In this document: positions 13,701 through 26,400 of the stretch, one piece after another
How positions within the stretch are numbered: position 1 is the first letter of the stretch
Layout of the letters: every line of letters begins with the position of its first letter
Source: Balanoglossus misakiensis
Taxonomy: Eukaryota > Animalia > Hemichordata
Assembly (NCBI GenBank): GCA_040954595.2
Contig: CM082592.2
Span: 992,001-1,056,000, forward strand
Length of the DNA: 64,000 nt
Direction: 5' to 3'
Position numbers and translations under genes: made by a program
Notes under the pieces: model-generated
What the model was told of the DNA's origin: nothing
Database searches by the model: none
Seen by the model: the letters and a program-made list of their open reading frames with translations, nothing else

Positions 13701-14271
13701 CAGGGTGGAAATTCCTCCAAACATCAATAAGTTGAAACTGATTACAAAAACTACGTAAGACTCTTCTTGATCCATCATGTGATTGCCGTGATTTCACACT
13801 TGACGCTCTGTCCAAAGTGTCGTTGAGTGCACAATTGAAGTCGCCTGCTATAATAAGATTTTCGTAATAGCAGTGAGTGTCAACCAGGCCAGCTAGATCT
13901 TTCAAGAATTCCGTTCTTTGTTTCACGAGATTCAGGGCATAAACACTACAAATTGAAAGCTTAACACCTACAAGGCTACCGTTTATTATGCAAATTCTTC
14001 CGAAGTCGTCATTCCACACGGAATCAATGGTGAGGTCACATCTGCGCTCAATCAATATTGCCGTTCCTCTGCTATAATTGTCACCTTTCGAGAAGAATAC
14101 TTTCCCTCCCCATTCTTTCTCCCAAGTGTCAATGTCTGTTCCATTTCCATGCAACTCTTGTAAAATCGCGATACTCGTTTTTTGGAGTTTTAGCCAGCGA
14201 TATATACAGTTCCTTTTCGTTTTGTCTTTGAAACCCCTGACATTCAGGGTAACTAACTTCAGCGCTGCCAT
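10715..14271 (-). pseudogene. ORF2 (APE endonuclease, reverse transcriptase, C-terminal zinc finger) of LINE family A, split by one frameshift near 13137-13142
   Basis: Endonuclease motifs: TLNVRG, LQELH, GDFN, SRLDY, TDH. RT motifs: KSPGCDG, WRPVSLLN, VDYEKAFDSV, GVRQG, LFADD. Zinc finger: CELC...H....C. Adding one T to a T-run joins KYF to LSLEKR. YALN and QGCSLS deviate from the usual YAPN and QGCPLS. Confidence 0.93.
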
Positions 14272-15443
14272 CAGTAGCCTTTGATTCTGACTTGCTGCTG
14301 CTGCTTTCGTCTTCTTTTACGTTTTTTCTTATTTTCTTTGCTTTGGGTCAATGACAACAGTGGTGGCGATTCAGCAGACAATTCAGAGAAATTTTCTCTT
14401 GATGTGTCATAACGCCGGTCCTCGCCACCTTCAATATCCGTTACATCACCTTCACTGACACTAGTATCGTTTTGTCTATCGTCTCTGTTCTCTTTTAAGA
14501 ACGCTAAAATTGAGCTTTGTGATTTAACGCTCGAGCTCGAGGGCTCAGGTGCTTTGTTTGCCAGACTTTGCGGTTTCTCAACACGGTCTTCGTCCCCCGT
14601 TTCACGCCTGGATGTTCCTTGTAACGGTGTGCTGTCACTTTCTAGTCTCGATACCGCATCTGCAGGATTCGTAGACCTTTTCTGCATTGTGTATTTGGTG
14701 GACTGAGACGTTAATTCTTCGTGTACCTGAGAAGTCATACAATTTCTTGCAATATGCCCCTCTCTTTTACAGAGTCTGCATTTGATTTGTCCAGTGCAAT
14801 TGTACGCAGTATGTCCCTCCTCTAAGCATTTGCCGCATCGTGGCTGCGTCTCCGCTGTGGATTGTTTATAAATAATCTTCGCGTAAAATGCACCGATCTT
14901 AACCTGAGCTGGTAATGGTGTCTTTGGTTTTTCGATGAACACAGTTCGATCCCCATTAAGAATGTTTGTCAACTTGCCGTCTAACCTCCATTTCTGTCTG
15001 GATATATCTGTTTTGAGCTTACAGCCCAAACCAGTAAGTGTAGCGGCAATAGCATCATCATCGTGTGACAATGGTAGATCTTTTATCGTTAAACTTAACC
15101 AATCTTCATGAAACTCTCTTCGGAAGGGATTTCGCCCCCACAGCTCTATCGACTTCCCGCGTAGTGTGAGTCCATGTTGTAACAAAATTGTCCGGTCTGC
15201 TTCGTCATTCATATAAATACGCGACAGACCTCTTATCCGTTGCAACCCTTCCAAGCTGCCGATGGTGACAACTTCTGAAACGGCTGCTATAATTTCCTCA
15301 CCTCTTAGCCATTGATTACTGTCCCTGGGAACTATGTCCGACTGCTTCAGAAAGACGGGTAGAACTCCTACTTCACCGTCTTTGTCTTGCAGGCGTTTGG
15401 TCGTCACCACCTGCGCATAACTGGCTTTGTCTCTGACGGCCAT
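14271..15443 (-). CDS. ORF1 nucleic-acid-binding protein of LINE family A (390 aa)
   Basis: Two CX2CX4HX4C knuckles (CGKCLEEGHTAYNC, CRLCKREGHIARNC), an NGDRTVF motif and a basic C-terminus. Clearly homologous to ORF1 of family B. Confidence 0.92.
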   Translation of the reverse strand: MAVRDKASYAQVVTTKRLQDKDGEVGVLPVFLKQSDIVPRDSNQWLRGEEIIAAVSEVVTIGSLEGLQRIRGLSRIYMNDEADRTILLQHGLTLRGKSIELWGRNPFRREFHEDWLSLTIKDLPLSHDDDAIAATLTGLGCKLKTDISRQKWRLDGKLTNILNGDRTVFIEKPKTPLPAQVKIGAFYAKIIYKQSTAETQPRCGKCLEEGHTAYNCTGQIKCRLCKREGHIARNCMTSQVHEELTSQSTKYTMQKRSTNPADAVSRLESDSTPLQGTSRRETGDEDRVEKPQSLANKAPEPSSSSVKSQSSILAFLKENRDDRQNDTSVSEGDVTDIEGGEDRRYDTSRENFSELSAESPPLLSLTQSKENKKKRKRRRKQQQQVRIKGY

Positions 15444-18400
15444 GCTTGCTCGAGACCACGAAAACTAGCAAAATGTCTTTCTTCTGAGAATCAAAATGCT
15501 TCTTTGCTCTCGAGTTAGCTGCAAGTATCTATCCAAAAGCATATACCTTCAGTTTCGCCACAAAATTCACCGATTTCACGTGAAAAAACGATGAAAACTC
15601 TGAGCGTGCTAGAAATCTGCTTCCGTAGATGGCTGACTCTAGCGCCCTCCATCCAGACTGGCGTAAGTTATCAACGGTGATTACTTCGGATTTCCTACGG
15701 CCTACGGCCTGGTTTAGCTGAAGCCCCGGCACTTTAGAGCGGAAACACGCGTACATTGACCACGATGATCAAGTCAGATCTCCTACGGCCTGGCTCGACT
15801 AAAACCCCGGCACACCATGACAGACACTAGCGTTCGTTAGCAACGGTGATCAAGTCGGATTTCCTTCGGCCTGGCTCTGCAAAAGACCCGACACTCTAGT
15901 ACAAAGACGTTGGCTAAGTCGGGCAAACCGAAGAGGGGAAGTCACAGCGGGTCAACACTCGACATTTGTTCGGGTAGGACTGCATTATTGCCTGTCAATT
16001 TATAGAGAAAGCCCGAATTTAACCAGGGCGTTTCAAACACCGACGTTAGTTGGGGGGGGGGGGGGGCACGGCCTGCAGTACTGCCGGGTAAGCTGACATC
16101 GGCGTACCGCATATAATGTAGGGGGGGGGAACAGAACGGTTCAATACTACATTTATTAGATATCAGCTAATTTTGGACAATCATCTAAAATCTAAATCAT
16201 TTTTTCATATTTGGATATCTGATGATGTATGAAATTTCTATTATATGTAAAGATGGTGCTGATTATAAAAAATGCACTCTGAATGAGCTGATTTAATACA
16301 AAATTGCGTTTTATTCGTTTTTGCACCAAAAAGGTCATTTTTAGGCAAAACATTCTTTATTTTTTTTAATTCGGTGACCTGATCATATACAAACAATTGC
16401 TTGTATGTTAAAAGTTTTTATGACTTTTAAAAGCAGTGACACTGGCGGCATTCAACACGAAAATAACAATTTTAACCACAATTTGGTCAAAATGGTAAAT
16501 TTTTGAAAATTACAAAAAATACCTGTTTTCTACATTTTTGGAAATCTGATGGAGTATAGAATCCTCTTCGTATATATATATCGATACAAATTCCACAAAA
16601 AAACGGCCAATTTGGCTCACCGCAGACAATTTTTTTTAATTCGGTGACCTGATCATATATAAACAATTGCTTGTATGTTAAAAGTTTTTATGACTTTTAA
16701 AAGCAGTGACACTGGCGGCATTCAACACGAAAATAACAATTTTAGCCACAATTTGGTCAAAATTGTAAATTTTTGAAAATTACAAAAAATACCTGTTTTC
16801 TACATTTTCGGAAATCTGCTGGAGTATAGAATGCTCTTCGTATGTATATATCGATACAAAATCCACAAAATACAGTCTAATTTGGCTCACTGCAGACAAA
16901 ATTGCGTTTTACCAAATTTTCCTTGAAAATGTCATTTTTAGAAAAAAATAAAAAACCTTTGTTCTTCGAATTTGGTGCCCTGATCATATATGACATGTTG
17001 ATTGTATGTTAAAACTTTCGACCTCTCCAAAAATGCAGAGATATTGACGGAATTCAAGAAAAAATAGCCATTTTGGCCATATTTTGACAAAAATGGTAAT
17101 TTTTTAAAAAATCATAAAAAATTCACTCTTTTCTTCATTTTCGGAAATATTATGGAGCATGAAGTGTCGTTCTCTTATAAAAAGTGCTGCAAATTCCAGA
17201 AAAGGTGGTATAATTTGAATCACCCAAGACAAAATTACCATTTTCGACTTTTTTTCGAAAAATTGTCTTTTTTACAAAATAAATAAGAATAAATTCTTTT
17301 CTTAGTTTCAAACGGGTAGAGATACTTTCCACACGGGTTTTCTAACATTGAATTCCCGTTCATCAACTCAGATTTCCTACAGCATAAGTCGGCTAAAACC
17401 CAGACACTCTAGAGCAGAAACAGTTGCACACTGGTAACGTTGAACAAGTCGATTTTTCTACGGCCTGGCTCGGCTAAATCTCCGTCACAATATGACAGAC
17501 ACTAGCGTACGTTAGCAACGGTGATCAAGTCAGATTTCCTACGGCCTGGTTTAGCTGAAGCCCCGGCACTTTAGAGCGGAAACACGCGTACATTGACCAC
17601 GATGATCAAGTCAGATCTCCTACGGCCTGGCTCGACTAAAACCCCGGCACACCATGACAGACACTAGCGTTTGTTAGCAACGTTGATCAAGTCAGATTTC
17701 CTACGGCATGGCTTGGCTAAAGCCCTGGCACTCTAGAGCAGAAACACGCCTACAGAGACCACGTTGATCTACTCACATTTCCTTCGGCCTGGCACGGCTG
17801 ATGCCCCGGCACTATATATAGGACACAGACTGGCGTAAGTTAACAACGGTAATCACGTTGGGTTTCCTACGGCCTGGCTCAACTGAAGCCCCGGCACTCT
17901 AGAGCAGAAACAGGCGTATATTGACCACGTTGATCAAGTCAGATTTCCTACGGCGTGACTCGGCTGGTGCACCGGCTCTATATGAGACAGACTGGCGTAA
18001 GTTATCAACGGTGATTACGTCGGATTTCCTACGGCCTGGTTTAGCTGAAGCCCCGGCACTTTAGAGCGGAAACACGCGTACATTGACCACGATGATCAAG
18101 TCAGATCTCCTACGGCCTGGCTCGACTAAAACCCCGGCACACCATGACAGACACTAGCGTTCGTTAGCAACGGTGATCAAGTTGGATTTCCTTCGGCCTG
18201 GCTCTGCAAAAGACCCGACACTCTAGTACAAAGACGTTGGCTAAGTCGGGCAAACCGAAGAGGGAAAGTCACAGCTGGTCAATACTCGACATTTGTTCGG
18301 GTAGGACTGCATTATTGCCTGTCAATTTATTGAGAAAGCCCGAATTTAACCCGGGCGTTTCAAACACCGACGTTAGTTGGGGGCACGGCCTGCAGTACTG

Positions 18401-18447
18401 CCGGGTAAGCTGACATCGGCGTACCGCATATAATGTAGGGGGGGGGG

Positions 18448-19518
18448 GTAAAACCGGTTTTTCTGAGGCACAACGAATTCAGCAGAAACAATCCTGACGC
18501 TGCACAGATATCCGGACCAGAGCTGGTAAGCGCCATGGCAGACGCGATCGACCCGAACGGAATTACTGGAATACAGCGTATTCGAGGGCTATGGCGATTA
18601 TATGTAAAAGACAATGCGGACAGAATTATACTTCTGACAGGTGGTATAAATATGCGTGGCAGAAATGTTACACTCCACGATGAAAATCCATTCCTCACTT
18701 CGAAGAGGGACACGACAGACCGGATCATCGTGAGAAACTTGCCACTGTCAGCAGATGATTCCGTAATACGGCAGAAATTTGACGTCCATGGTATGAAAAT
18801 TAAAGCGATAACAAGAGCCAAATGGAGAATTGATGGGAAGCTGTCGAATATCGACAACGGAGACCGCTTTGTGTTCGTCGAGAAGTTGAAACAACCTATA
18901 CCAACAGATTGGCAGGTGAGAATGGGCACCTTTCTGGTAAACCTGCTGTACAGAGAACCTAGACCATCGAGTGAGGCGGACGCTAATGCAGAACCTTACT
19001 GCTACAACTGTCTGCAACGAGGACACAGAAGACACGAGTGCCACAACGCCGTTGCGTGCACATTGTGTAAGGTGAGCGGACATATTAGGGCGCAGTGTCC
19101 ATCACGCACAGACACTAGTCGTTATGTGACCAGACTCCAGAGAGTTGAAACGACCGATACACACGACAGAGAGGGAGCCAAAGAAGGAGAGAAGACATCA
19201 CCAAGTCTGCATGCCGCAGATGAGAAGAAAACCGCCGCTGGGGAAAGTGTGACCAGAAAAGAGCAGTCCACTCAACCAAAAATCACAGCCTTCGTTGCCG
19301 GACTACAAATGACTAGCAAGACACCGACAGATGTCAAACGTAAACACATCAGCACGTCCACAGAGCTATCGACCTCCACTATGCTATCGGAAGAAGAGGT
19401 ATTGGAGTCGGAAAATGAAAGACCCGCGACTTCAGAGCTCGTTAAAGACACTCGTGGCGATTCCCGAAGAACACGAAGAGAAGATAAAAAGAGGAAGAAG
19501 GCAAAACGTAAACGATAA
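18448..19518 (+). CDS. ORF1 of LINE family B, N-terminally truncated (first ATG at 18535)
   Basis: The frame is open from the junction and reads VKPVFLRHNEF..., matching VLPVFLKQSDI in family A ORF1. It contains GLWRLY, NGDRFVF and the knuckles CYNCLQRGHRRHEC and CTLCKVSGHIRAQC. Confidence 0.88.
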   Translation, partial: VKPVFLRHNEFSRNNPDAAQISGPELVSAMADAIDPNGITGIQRIRGLWRLYVKDNADRIILLTGGINMRGRNVTLHDENPFLTSKRDTTDRIIVRNLPLSADDSVIRQKFDVHGMKIKAITRAKWRIDGKLSNIDNGDRFVFVEKLKQPIPTDWQVRMGTFLVNLLYREPRPSSEADANAEPYCYNCLQRGHRRHECHNAVACTLCKVSGHIRAQCPSRTDTSRYVTRLQRVETTDTHDREGAKEGEKTSPSLHAADEKKTAAGESVTRKEQSTQPKITAFVAGLQMTSKTPTDVKRKHISTSTELSTSTMLSEEEVLESENERPATSELVKDTRGDSRRTRREDKKRKKAKRKR

Positions 19519-22500
19519 GTAGTAAGATATAGAAGATATAGGGCTTCTTTGCCACCTATGAACTCAAATAACATACATTTGTTATCTCTAAACTGTCGGG
19601 GTTTAAGAGGTGATGAGAAAAGACGACAAATATTTCAGTGGTGTAGAGACCAAAAACCACATGTATTATTGTTACAAGAAACTTACTGGGACGAACAAAT
19701 TCAAGATCAAATTTGCAGAGAGTGGAAAGGGAAAATGTTCCATTCTTTTGGTACTAACCACAGTAAAGGGGTTACGATTTTTGTCGATGAAAAATTGGAT
19801 CATGAGATAAAGTATTCAAAAAGAGACCAGTATGGGAGAAAATTACTTGTATCTTTAGATATCAATGGTGAAACATTTACTATAGTTAATATTTACGCAC
19901 CAAATCAACCCAAAGAAAGGGAGCTTTTCTTTATGTCTTTGAAATGTTGGATTCAAAAACATACGAATGGGGATGACTACGTGTTCATTGGGGGTGATTT
20001 CAACACCGTTTCAGATGCGAAGGTTGATTCATTTGGAACGAAGTGTCATTCTGTTAAATCTAAGAAACTGGGCGGGATTTTGAAATCTTTTAAATTGTGT
20101 GATGTATGGCGAGAAATGAACCCTGCTAAACTACAGTTCACCTGGAGACAAGTTAACCGTGGAATTGCGAGTAGACTTGACTTTTGGTTAATTCCCCATG
20201 ACCTTCTTTCTAGTGTTAACTCTGCCGATATTCGGCCGACTATTAGAACAGACCATAATGCCATTTCCTTAAAGATTAGCCCTTAAAAAAAATATTGTAA
20301 AGGCCCGGGATATTGGAAGCTCAATACGAGTCTACTCAAGGATGACAACTATAGAATAATAATAAACAACGTCATAACACAAGCCATAACAAATTATCAA
20401 AAACTTTATGATTATAGAAGTTTATTAGATCTAATTAAGGTGAAAGTTAGAGAAGCAAGTATTAAATATGGAAGGGAAAAGGAAAAATATAAAAAAAAGA
20501 GACAAGCAATAATTCAAGAACAGCTAAAAGAAATTGAAGATAAATTACTTAGAGATAACAGGGGAAAGGAAGACCTAATAAACATTTATGAAGAAAAAAA
20601 GAGGGAACTAACTCAGCTATATGTAAATAAACTACGTGGGATTCAAATTAGATCCAGAGTGAAGTGGTACGAAGAAGGAGAAAGAAACAGTCGTTATTTC
20701 CTGGGACTAGAAAAGAAAAGATCTAGAGCAAAACATATAAACAGGTTGATGGTTAATGATAAGGTTATTACAAAGACAGATGAGATATTAGCAGAAGAAA
20801 AGGCTTTTTATGAAGATCTTTATAAATCCAAGAGTGTTAATAACAGTAAAGTTAAAAAATACATAAATGACATTAAAATAGAGTCTAAGATCAAAGCAAG
20901 TAAGGCATTATTGTGTGATGGTAAAGTTTCTGAGGAGGAATGTCTAAAAGCCATGCGCAGAATGAAAAGCAACAAAACACCAGGACCAGATGGCATTCCT
21001 ATAGAATTTTACAGAGTGTTTTGGAAAAATATAGGTAAGATAGCAGTAGACGCATTTAATGAAGGTTATGATAAAGGTACGCTAGCCAATTCTCAGTGTA
21101 ATGGTATCATAACGTTAATACATAAAAAGGAGTGTAGGCTTAATCTAAAAAATTGGAGGCCCATATCGCTGCTCAATCATGATTACAAAATATTATCATG
21201 CGTGTTAGCTAATAGACTAAATCAGGTTATACCCAAGTTGATTAGTACTGACCAAGTGGGTTATATGAAAGGACGTTTTAGTGGCCAAAACGTTCGGCTT
21301 ATTCAGGATATTATCGACTTCTCGGAGAAACGTAACAAGGGGGGAGCAATTTTGTTCCTTGACTTTTGTAAGGCTTTTGATACTGTCGAACACAATTTTA
21401 TGTTCTTAGCTCTGGAAAAATTTGGATTAGGTCATTCTTTTATAACATGGATTAAAACTATCTATTCCAAGTGTAATAGTTCCATCATAAATAATGGTTG
21501 GATAACGCCACTTTTTAATCTACAAAGGGGCATTCGACAGGGATGTCCCCTGTCTGCGATTTTATTTTTAATAGTAGCAGAAATTCTTGCAACTGTAATT
21601 AGAAATGATGACGAAATAGAGGGTTTCAAAGTCAATAATTATAAAGTTAAGATCACACAATTAGCTGATTATATGCAGGTATACATAAGCAAAGAAAAAT
21701 CTCTCATGCGTTTACTTAACTTGATTGATGAGTATGGGAAGTATTCTGGTTTGAAACTAAATAGAGACAAGACGGAAGGCTTAAAACTAGGAGGCTGGAA
21801 AGCTAAGAACAACCTTGGCTTGATTTCATGGCCTGATAAACCAATTAAAGTATTGGGTGTTTATTTTGGATATGCACGTTTTGAAGAGGAAGTAAGGAAG
21901 TTAAATTGGGATACTAAGATTGACAGAATTGAAATACTCTTAGATTCATGGAAGAAAAGATATTTGTCAATTTTTGGAAAAATCACAATTATTAAATGTT
22001 TAGCCATGTCGAAAATAACATATTTGGCATCGATGATTGACATTCCTGATGCCGTGATAAATAGATTAAGTAGTTTGTTCTATGATTTTTTATGGAGTGG
22101 GAAAAAAGGGAAGATTTAGAGGGAAATCATTATAAATAAATATGAAAAGGGAGGGGTACAAATGATTGATATCAGGTCAATGGTGAAGGCACTGAAATGC
22201 AGATGGGTGGAACGGCTCATGAAAGCTAATTGTGATACGTGGAAAGCAGTGATTGATTTTTATTTCAAAGATTTCGGAGGGATCAAAAATATCTTCTCTT
22301 ATAATTTAGACAAAAGAGGTTTAACTTTCATTACGAGAAACATGCCAAACTTTTACAGAAATGTTCTATTTAGCTGGTACGATATTGTCATGAATAACAA
22401 CAAGGTTAAAATGTCTCCGAACAATATTGGAGAGGAAGTAATTTCGGGAAATCAACATATAACATGTAATAATAGAGTCTTGTTTTTTACTGAATGGATT

Positions 22501-23491
22501 GACTGCAACATAATGTATGTTTCAGATTTGTTTCAAAAAGGTGTTTTCATGAAACGGGGCTATTTATTAGAAAAATTGAAAAACAAAAGAAATTGGATAA
22601 CACAGTATCTAATACTGAAAAAAGTCATACCAAACGAATGGAAGAGAAGAATGATGTCTGCTAAGAGCTTTCTGTGTGTAAATCGAGATATAAAGACAAT
22701 AATGAAAAAAGATCACACAGGGAAATACAAAAATATACATGATTTTTCATGCAAAGATTTTTATTGGAACATTGTGAACAGAAAGGCGTTGAAGTCATAT
22801 GCGCCGACATTTTGGGCAAATAGTTGTGATACAGAACACATAAACTGGGCGTTAATCATGAAAATTAAAATAAAAGACATGGGTGTTAAAAAAATTGCCC
22901 AATTTAATTATTTTTTACTTTACAACAAAATCCCACACGGTTTAAATCTGTGGAAATGGAAGAAAGCAGACAATCCGAATTGTGAAATATGTAAATGTAC
23001 GGATGACTGCATGCATTTTCTTTTTGATTGCTCTGTTGTGAAACATTTTTGGAAAAGACTGAACGTTCTTATTAATACTGTGTACAATATTAACATAAAG
23101 CTAATTTGGAAGCATATTGTATTTGGGTACATGATGGAATGTGACAAGCTTGAATCACTAAATATGATCATAATGGTGGCAACTTTTTGTGTATACAAAG
23201 CAAGAATTATTAACGAAAATCACATACGCCGATTATTAATAGAAGAGTTAACGTACTCTCAACAGATAAAAAAGGATGGAAAAATCCATGAGTGTCCAAG
23301 TCTTCTTTGAGATGTAAAATTATTATAGAGTTCACCATAACTATATGTATTTGAAATATTGATAATGAACAGAAACATTGTAAAGTTGGATCTTGCCTTT
23401 ATATAATGTGTAAAAATGTATGTTAATTGAGTGGGATGTAAAAATGTACGTTAATTTGAGTTGAATAAACATTACTTTAAAGAAAAAAAAA
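18449..23491 (+). mobile_element. 5'-truncated L1-clade (Tx1-like) non-LTR retrotransposon, family B
   Basis: The TSD (A)TAATGTA+G11 lies at 18430-18448 and 23492-23510. AATAAA is at 23464-23469, with an A-tail from ~23483. The element begins inside ORF1 and has no 5' UTR. Confidence 0.95.
19558..23310 (+). pseudogene. ORF2 (APE-RT-Zn finger) of LINE family B, inactivated by two in-frame stops and an RT active-site change
   Basis: The three listed ORF pieces share one frame, with TAA at 20284-20286 and TAG at 22117-22119. Motifs: SLNCRG, LQETY, YAPN, GDFN, SRLDF, TDH, KTPGPDG, DFCKAFD, RQGCPLS and CEIC...H....C. The catalytic motif reads LADY instead of xADD. Confidence 0.93.
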
Positions 23492-26400
23492 ATAATGTAG
23501 GGGGGGGGGGAACAGAACGGTTCAATACTACATTTATTAGATATCAGCTAATTTTCGACAATCATCTAAAATCTAAATCATTTTTTCATATTTGGATATC
23601 TGATGATGTATGAAATTTCCATTATATGTAAAAATGGTGCTGATTATAAAAAATGCACTCTGATTTAATACAAAATTGCGTTTTATTCGTTTTTGCACCA
23701 AAAAGGTCATTTTTAGGCAAAACATTCTTTATTTTTTTACTTCGGTGACCTGATCATATATAAACAATTGCTTGTATGTTAAAAGTTTTTATGACTTTTA
23801 AAAGCAGTGACACTGGCGGCATTCAACACGAAAATAACAATTTTAGCCACAATTTGGTCAAAATGGTAAATTTTTGAAAATTACAAAAATACCTGTTTTC
23901 TACATTTTCGGAAATCTGATGGAGTATAGAATGCTCTTCGTATGTATATATCGATACAAATTCCACAAAAAACGGCCAATTTGGCTCACTGCAGACAAAA
24001 TTGCGTTTTACCAAATTTTCCTTGAAAATGTCATTTTTTGAAAAAAAAATAAAAAAACCTTTGTTCTTCGAATTTGGTGCCCTGATCATATATGACATGT
24101 TGATTGTATGTTAAAACTTTCGACCACTCCAAAAATGCAGAGATATTGACGGAATTCAAGAAAAAATAGCCATTTTGGCCATATTTTGACAAAAATGGTA
24201 AATTTTTAAAAAATCATAAAAAATTAACTCTTTTCTTCATTTTCGGAAATATTATGGAGCATGAAGTGTCGTTCTCTTGTAAAAAGTGCTGCAAATTCCA
24301 GAAAAGGCGGTATAATTTGAATCACCCAAGACAAAATTACCATTTTCGACTTTTTTCGAAAAATTGTCTTTTTTACAAAATAAATAAGAATAAATTCTTT
24401 TCTTAGTTTCAAACGGGTAGAGATACTTTCCACACGGGTTTCCTAACATTGACTTCCCGTTCATCAACTCAGATTTCCTACAGCATAAGTCGGCTAAAAC
24501 CCTGACACTCTAGAGCAGAAACAGTTGCACACTGGAAACGTTGAACAAGTCGATTTTTCTACGGCCTGGCTCGGCTAAATCTCCGTCACAATATGACAGA
24601 CACTAGCGTACGTTAGCAACGGTGATCAAGTGAGATTTCCTACGGCATGGCTTGGCTAAAGCCCTGGCACTCTAGAGCAGAAACACGCGTACAGAGACCA
24701 CGTTGATCTACTCACATTTCCTTCGGCCTGGCACGGCTGATGCCCCGGCACTATATATAGGACACAGACTGGCGTAAGTTAACAACGGTAATCACGTCGG
24801 GTTTCCTACGGCCTGGCTCAGCTGAAGCCCCGGCACTCTAGAGCAGAAACACGCGTACAGAGACCACGTTGATCAAGTCTGATCTCCTACGGCTTGGCTC
24901 GACTAAAACCCCGGCACACTATGACAGACACTAGCGTTCGTTAGCAACGTTGATCAAGTCAGATTTCCTACGGCTTGGCTTGGCTAAAACCCTGGCACTC
25001 TAGAGCAGAAACACGCGTACAGAGACCACGTTAATCTACTCACATTTCCTTCGGCCTGGCACGGCTGATGCCCCGGCACTATATATATGACACAGACTGG
25101 CGTAAGTTAACAACGGTAATCACGTCGGGTTTCCTACGGCCTGGCTCAGCTGAAGCCCCGGCACTCTAGAGCAGAAACAGGCGTACATTGACCACGTTGA
25201 TCAAGTCAGATTTCCTACGGCCTGGCTCGACTAAAACCCCGGCACACCATGACAGACACTAGCGTTCGTTAGCAACGGTGATCAAGTCGGATTTCCTTCG
25301 GCCTGGCTCTGCAAAAGACCCGACACTCTAGTACAAAGACGTTGGCTAAGTCGGGCAAACCGAAGAGGGAATGTCACAGCGGGTCAACACTCGACATTTG
25401 TTCGGGTAGGACTGCATTATTGCCTGTCAATTTATAGAGAAAGCCCGAATTTAACCAGGGCGTTTCAAACACCGACGTTAGTTGGGGGCACGGCCTGCAG
25501 TACTGCCGGGTAAGCTTACATCGGCGTACCGCATATAATGTAGGGGTGGGGGGGGGGACAGAACGGTTCAATACTACATTTATTAGATATCAGCTAATTT
25601 TGGACAATCATCTAAAATCTAAATCATTTTTTCATATTTGGATATCTGATGATGTATGAAATTTCCATTTTATGTAAAAATGGTGCTGATTATAAAAAAT
25701 GCACTCTGAATGAGCTGATTTAATACAAATTTGCGTTTTATTCGTTTTTGCACCAAAAAGGTCATTTTTAGGCAAAACATTCTTTATTTTTTTTAATTCG
25801 GTGACCTGATCATATATTAACAATTGCTTGTATGTAAAACGTTTTTATGACTTTTAAAAGCAGTGACACTGGCGGCATTTAACACGAAAATAACAATTTT
25901 AGCCACAATTTGGTCAAAATGGTAAATTTTTGAAAATTACAAAAAAGACCTGTTTTCTACATTTTCGGAAATCTGATGGAGTATAGAATGCTCTTCGTAT
26001 GTATATATCGATACAAATTCCACAAAAGACCGTCTAATTTGGCTCACTGCAGACAAAATTGCTTTTTACCAAATTTTCCTTGAAAATGTCATTTTTAGAA
26101 AAAAAACTAAAAAAACCTTTGTTCTTCGAATTTGGTGCCCTGATCATATATGACATGTTGATTGTATGTTAAAACTTTCGACCACTCCAAAAATGCAGAG
26201 ATATTGACGGAATTCAAGAAAAATAGCCATTTTGGCCATATTTTGACAAAAAAGGTAAATTTTTAAAAAATCATAAAAAATTAACTCTTTTCTTCATTTT
26301 CGGAAATATTATGGAGCATGAAGTGTCGTTCTCTTGTAAAAAGTGCTGCAAATTGCAGAAAAGGCGGTATAATTTGAATCACCCAAGACAAAATTACCAT

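Larger units (their letters stand above)
10635..15653 (-). mobile_element. Full-length L1-clade (Tx1-like) non-LTR retrotransposon, family A
   Basis: A 13-bp TSD CAGACTGGCGTAA lies at 10622-10634 and 15654-15666. The poly(A) tail appears as a T-run at 10635-10644, with AATAAA on the minus strand at 10653-10658. The element has a 210-bp 5' UTR, an ORF1 with CCHC knuckles and an APE-RT-Zn finger ORF2. Confidence 0.96.

Noticed and set aside
15626-15653. CTCF-like and YY1-like words at the 5' end of LINE A (GGAGGGCGCTAG, CAGCCATCT)
   Set aside because: The matches are partial. An internal promoter is plausible here but cannot be supported from this sequence alone.
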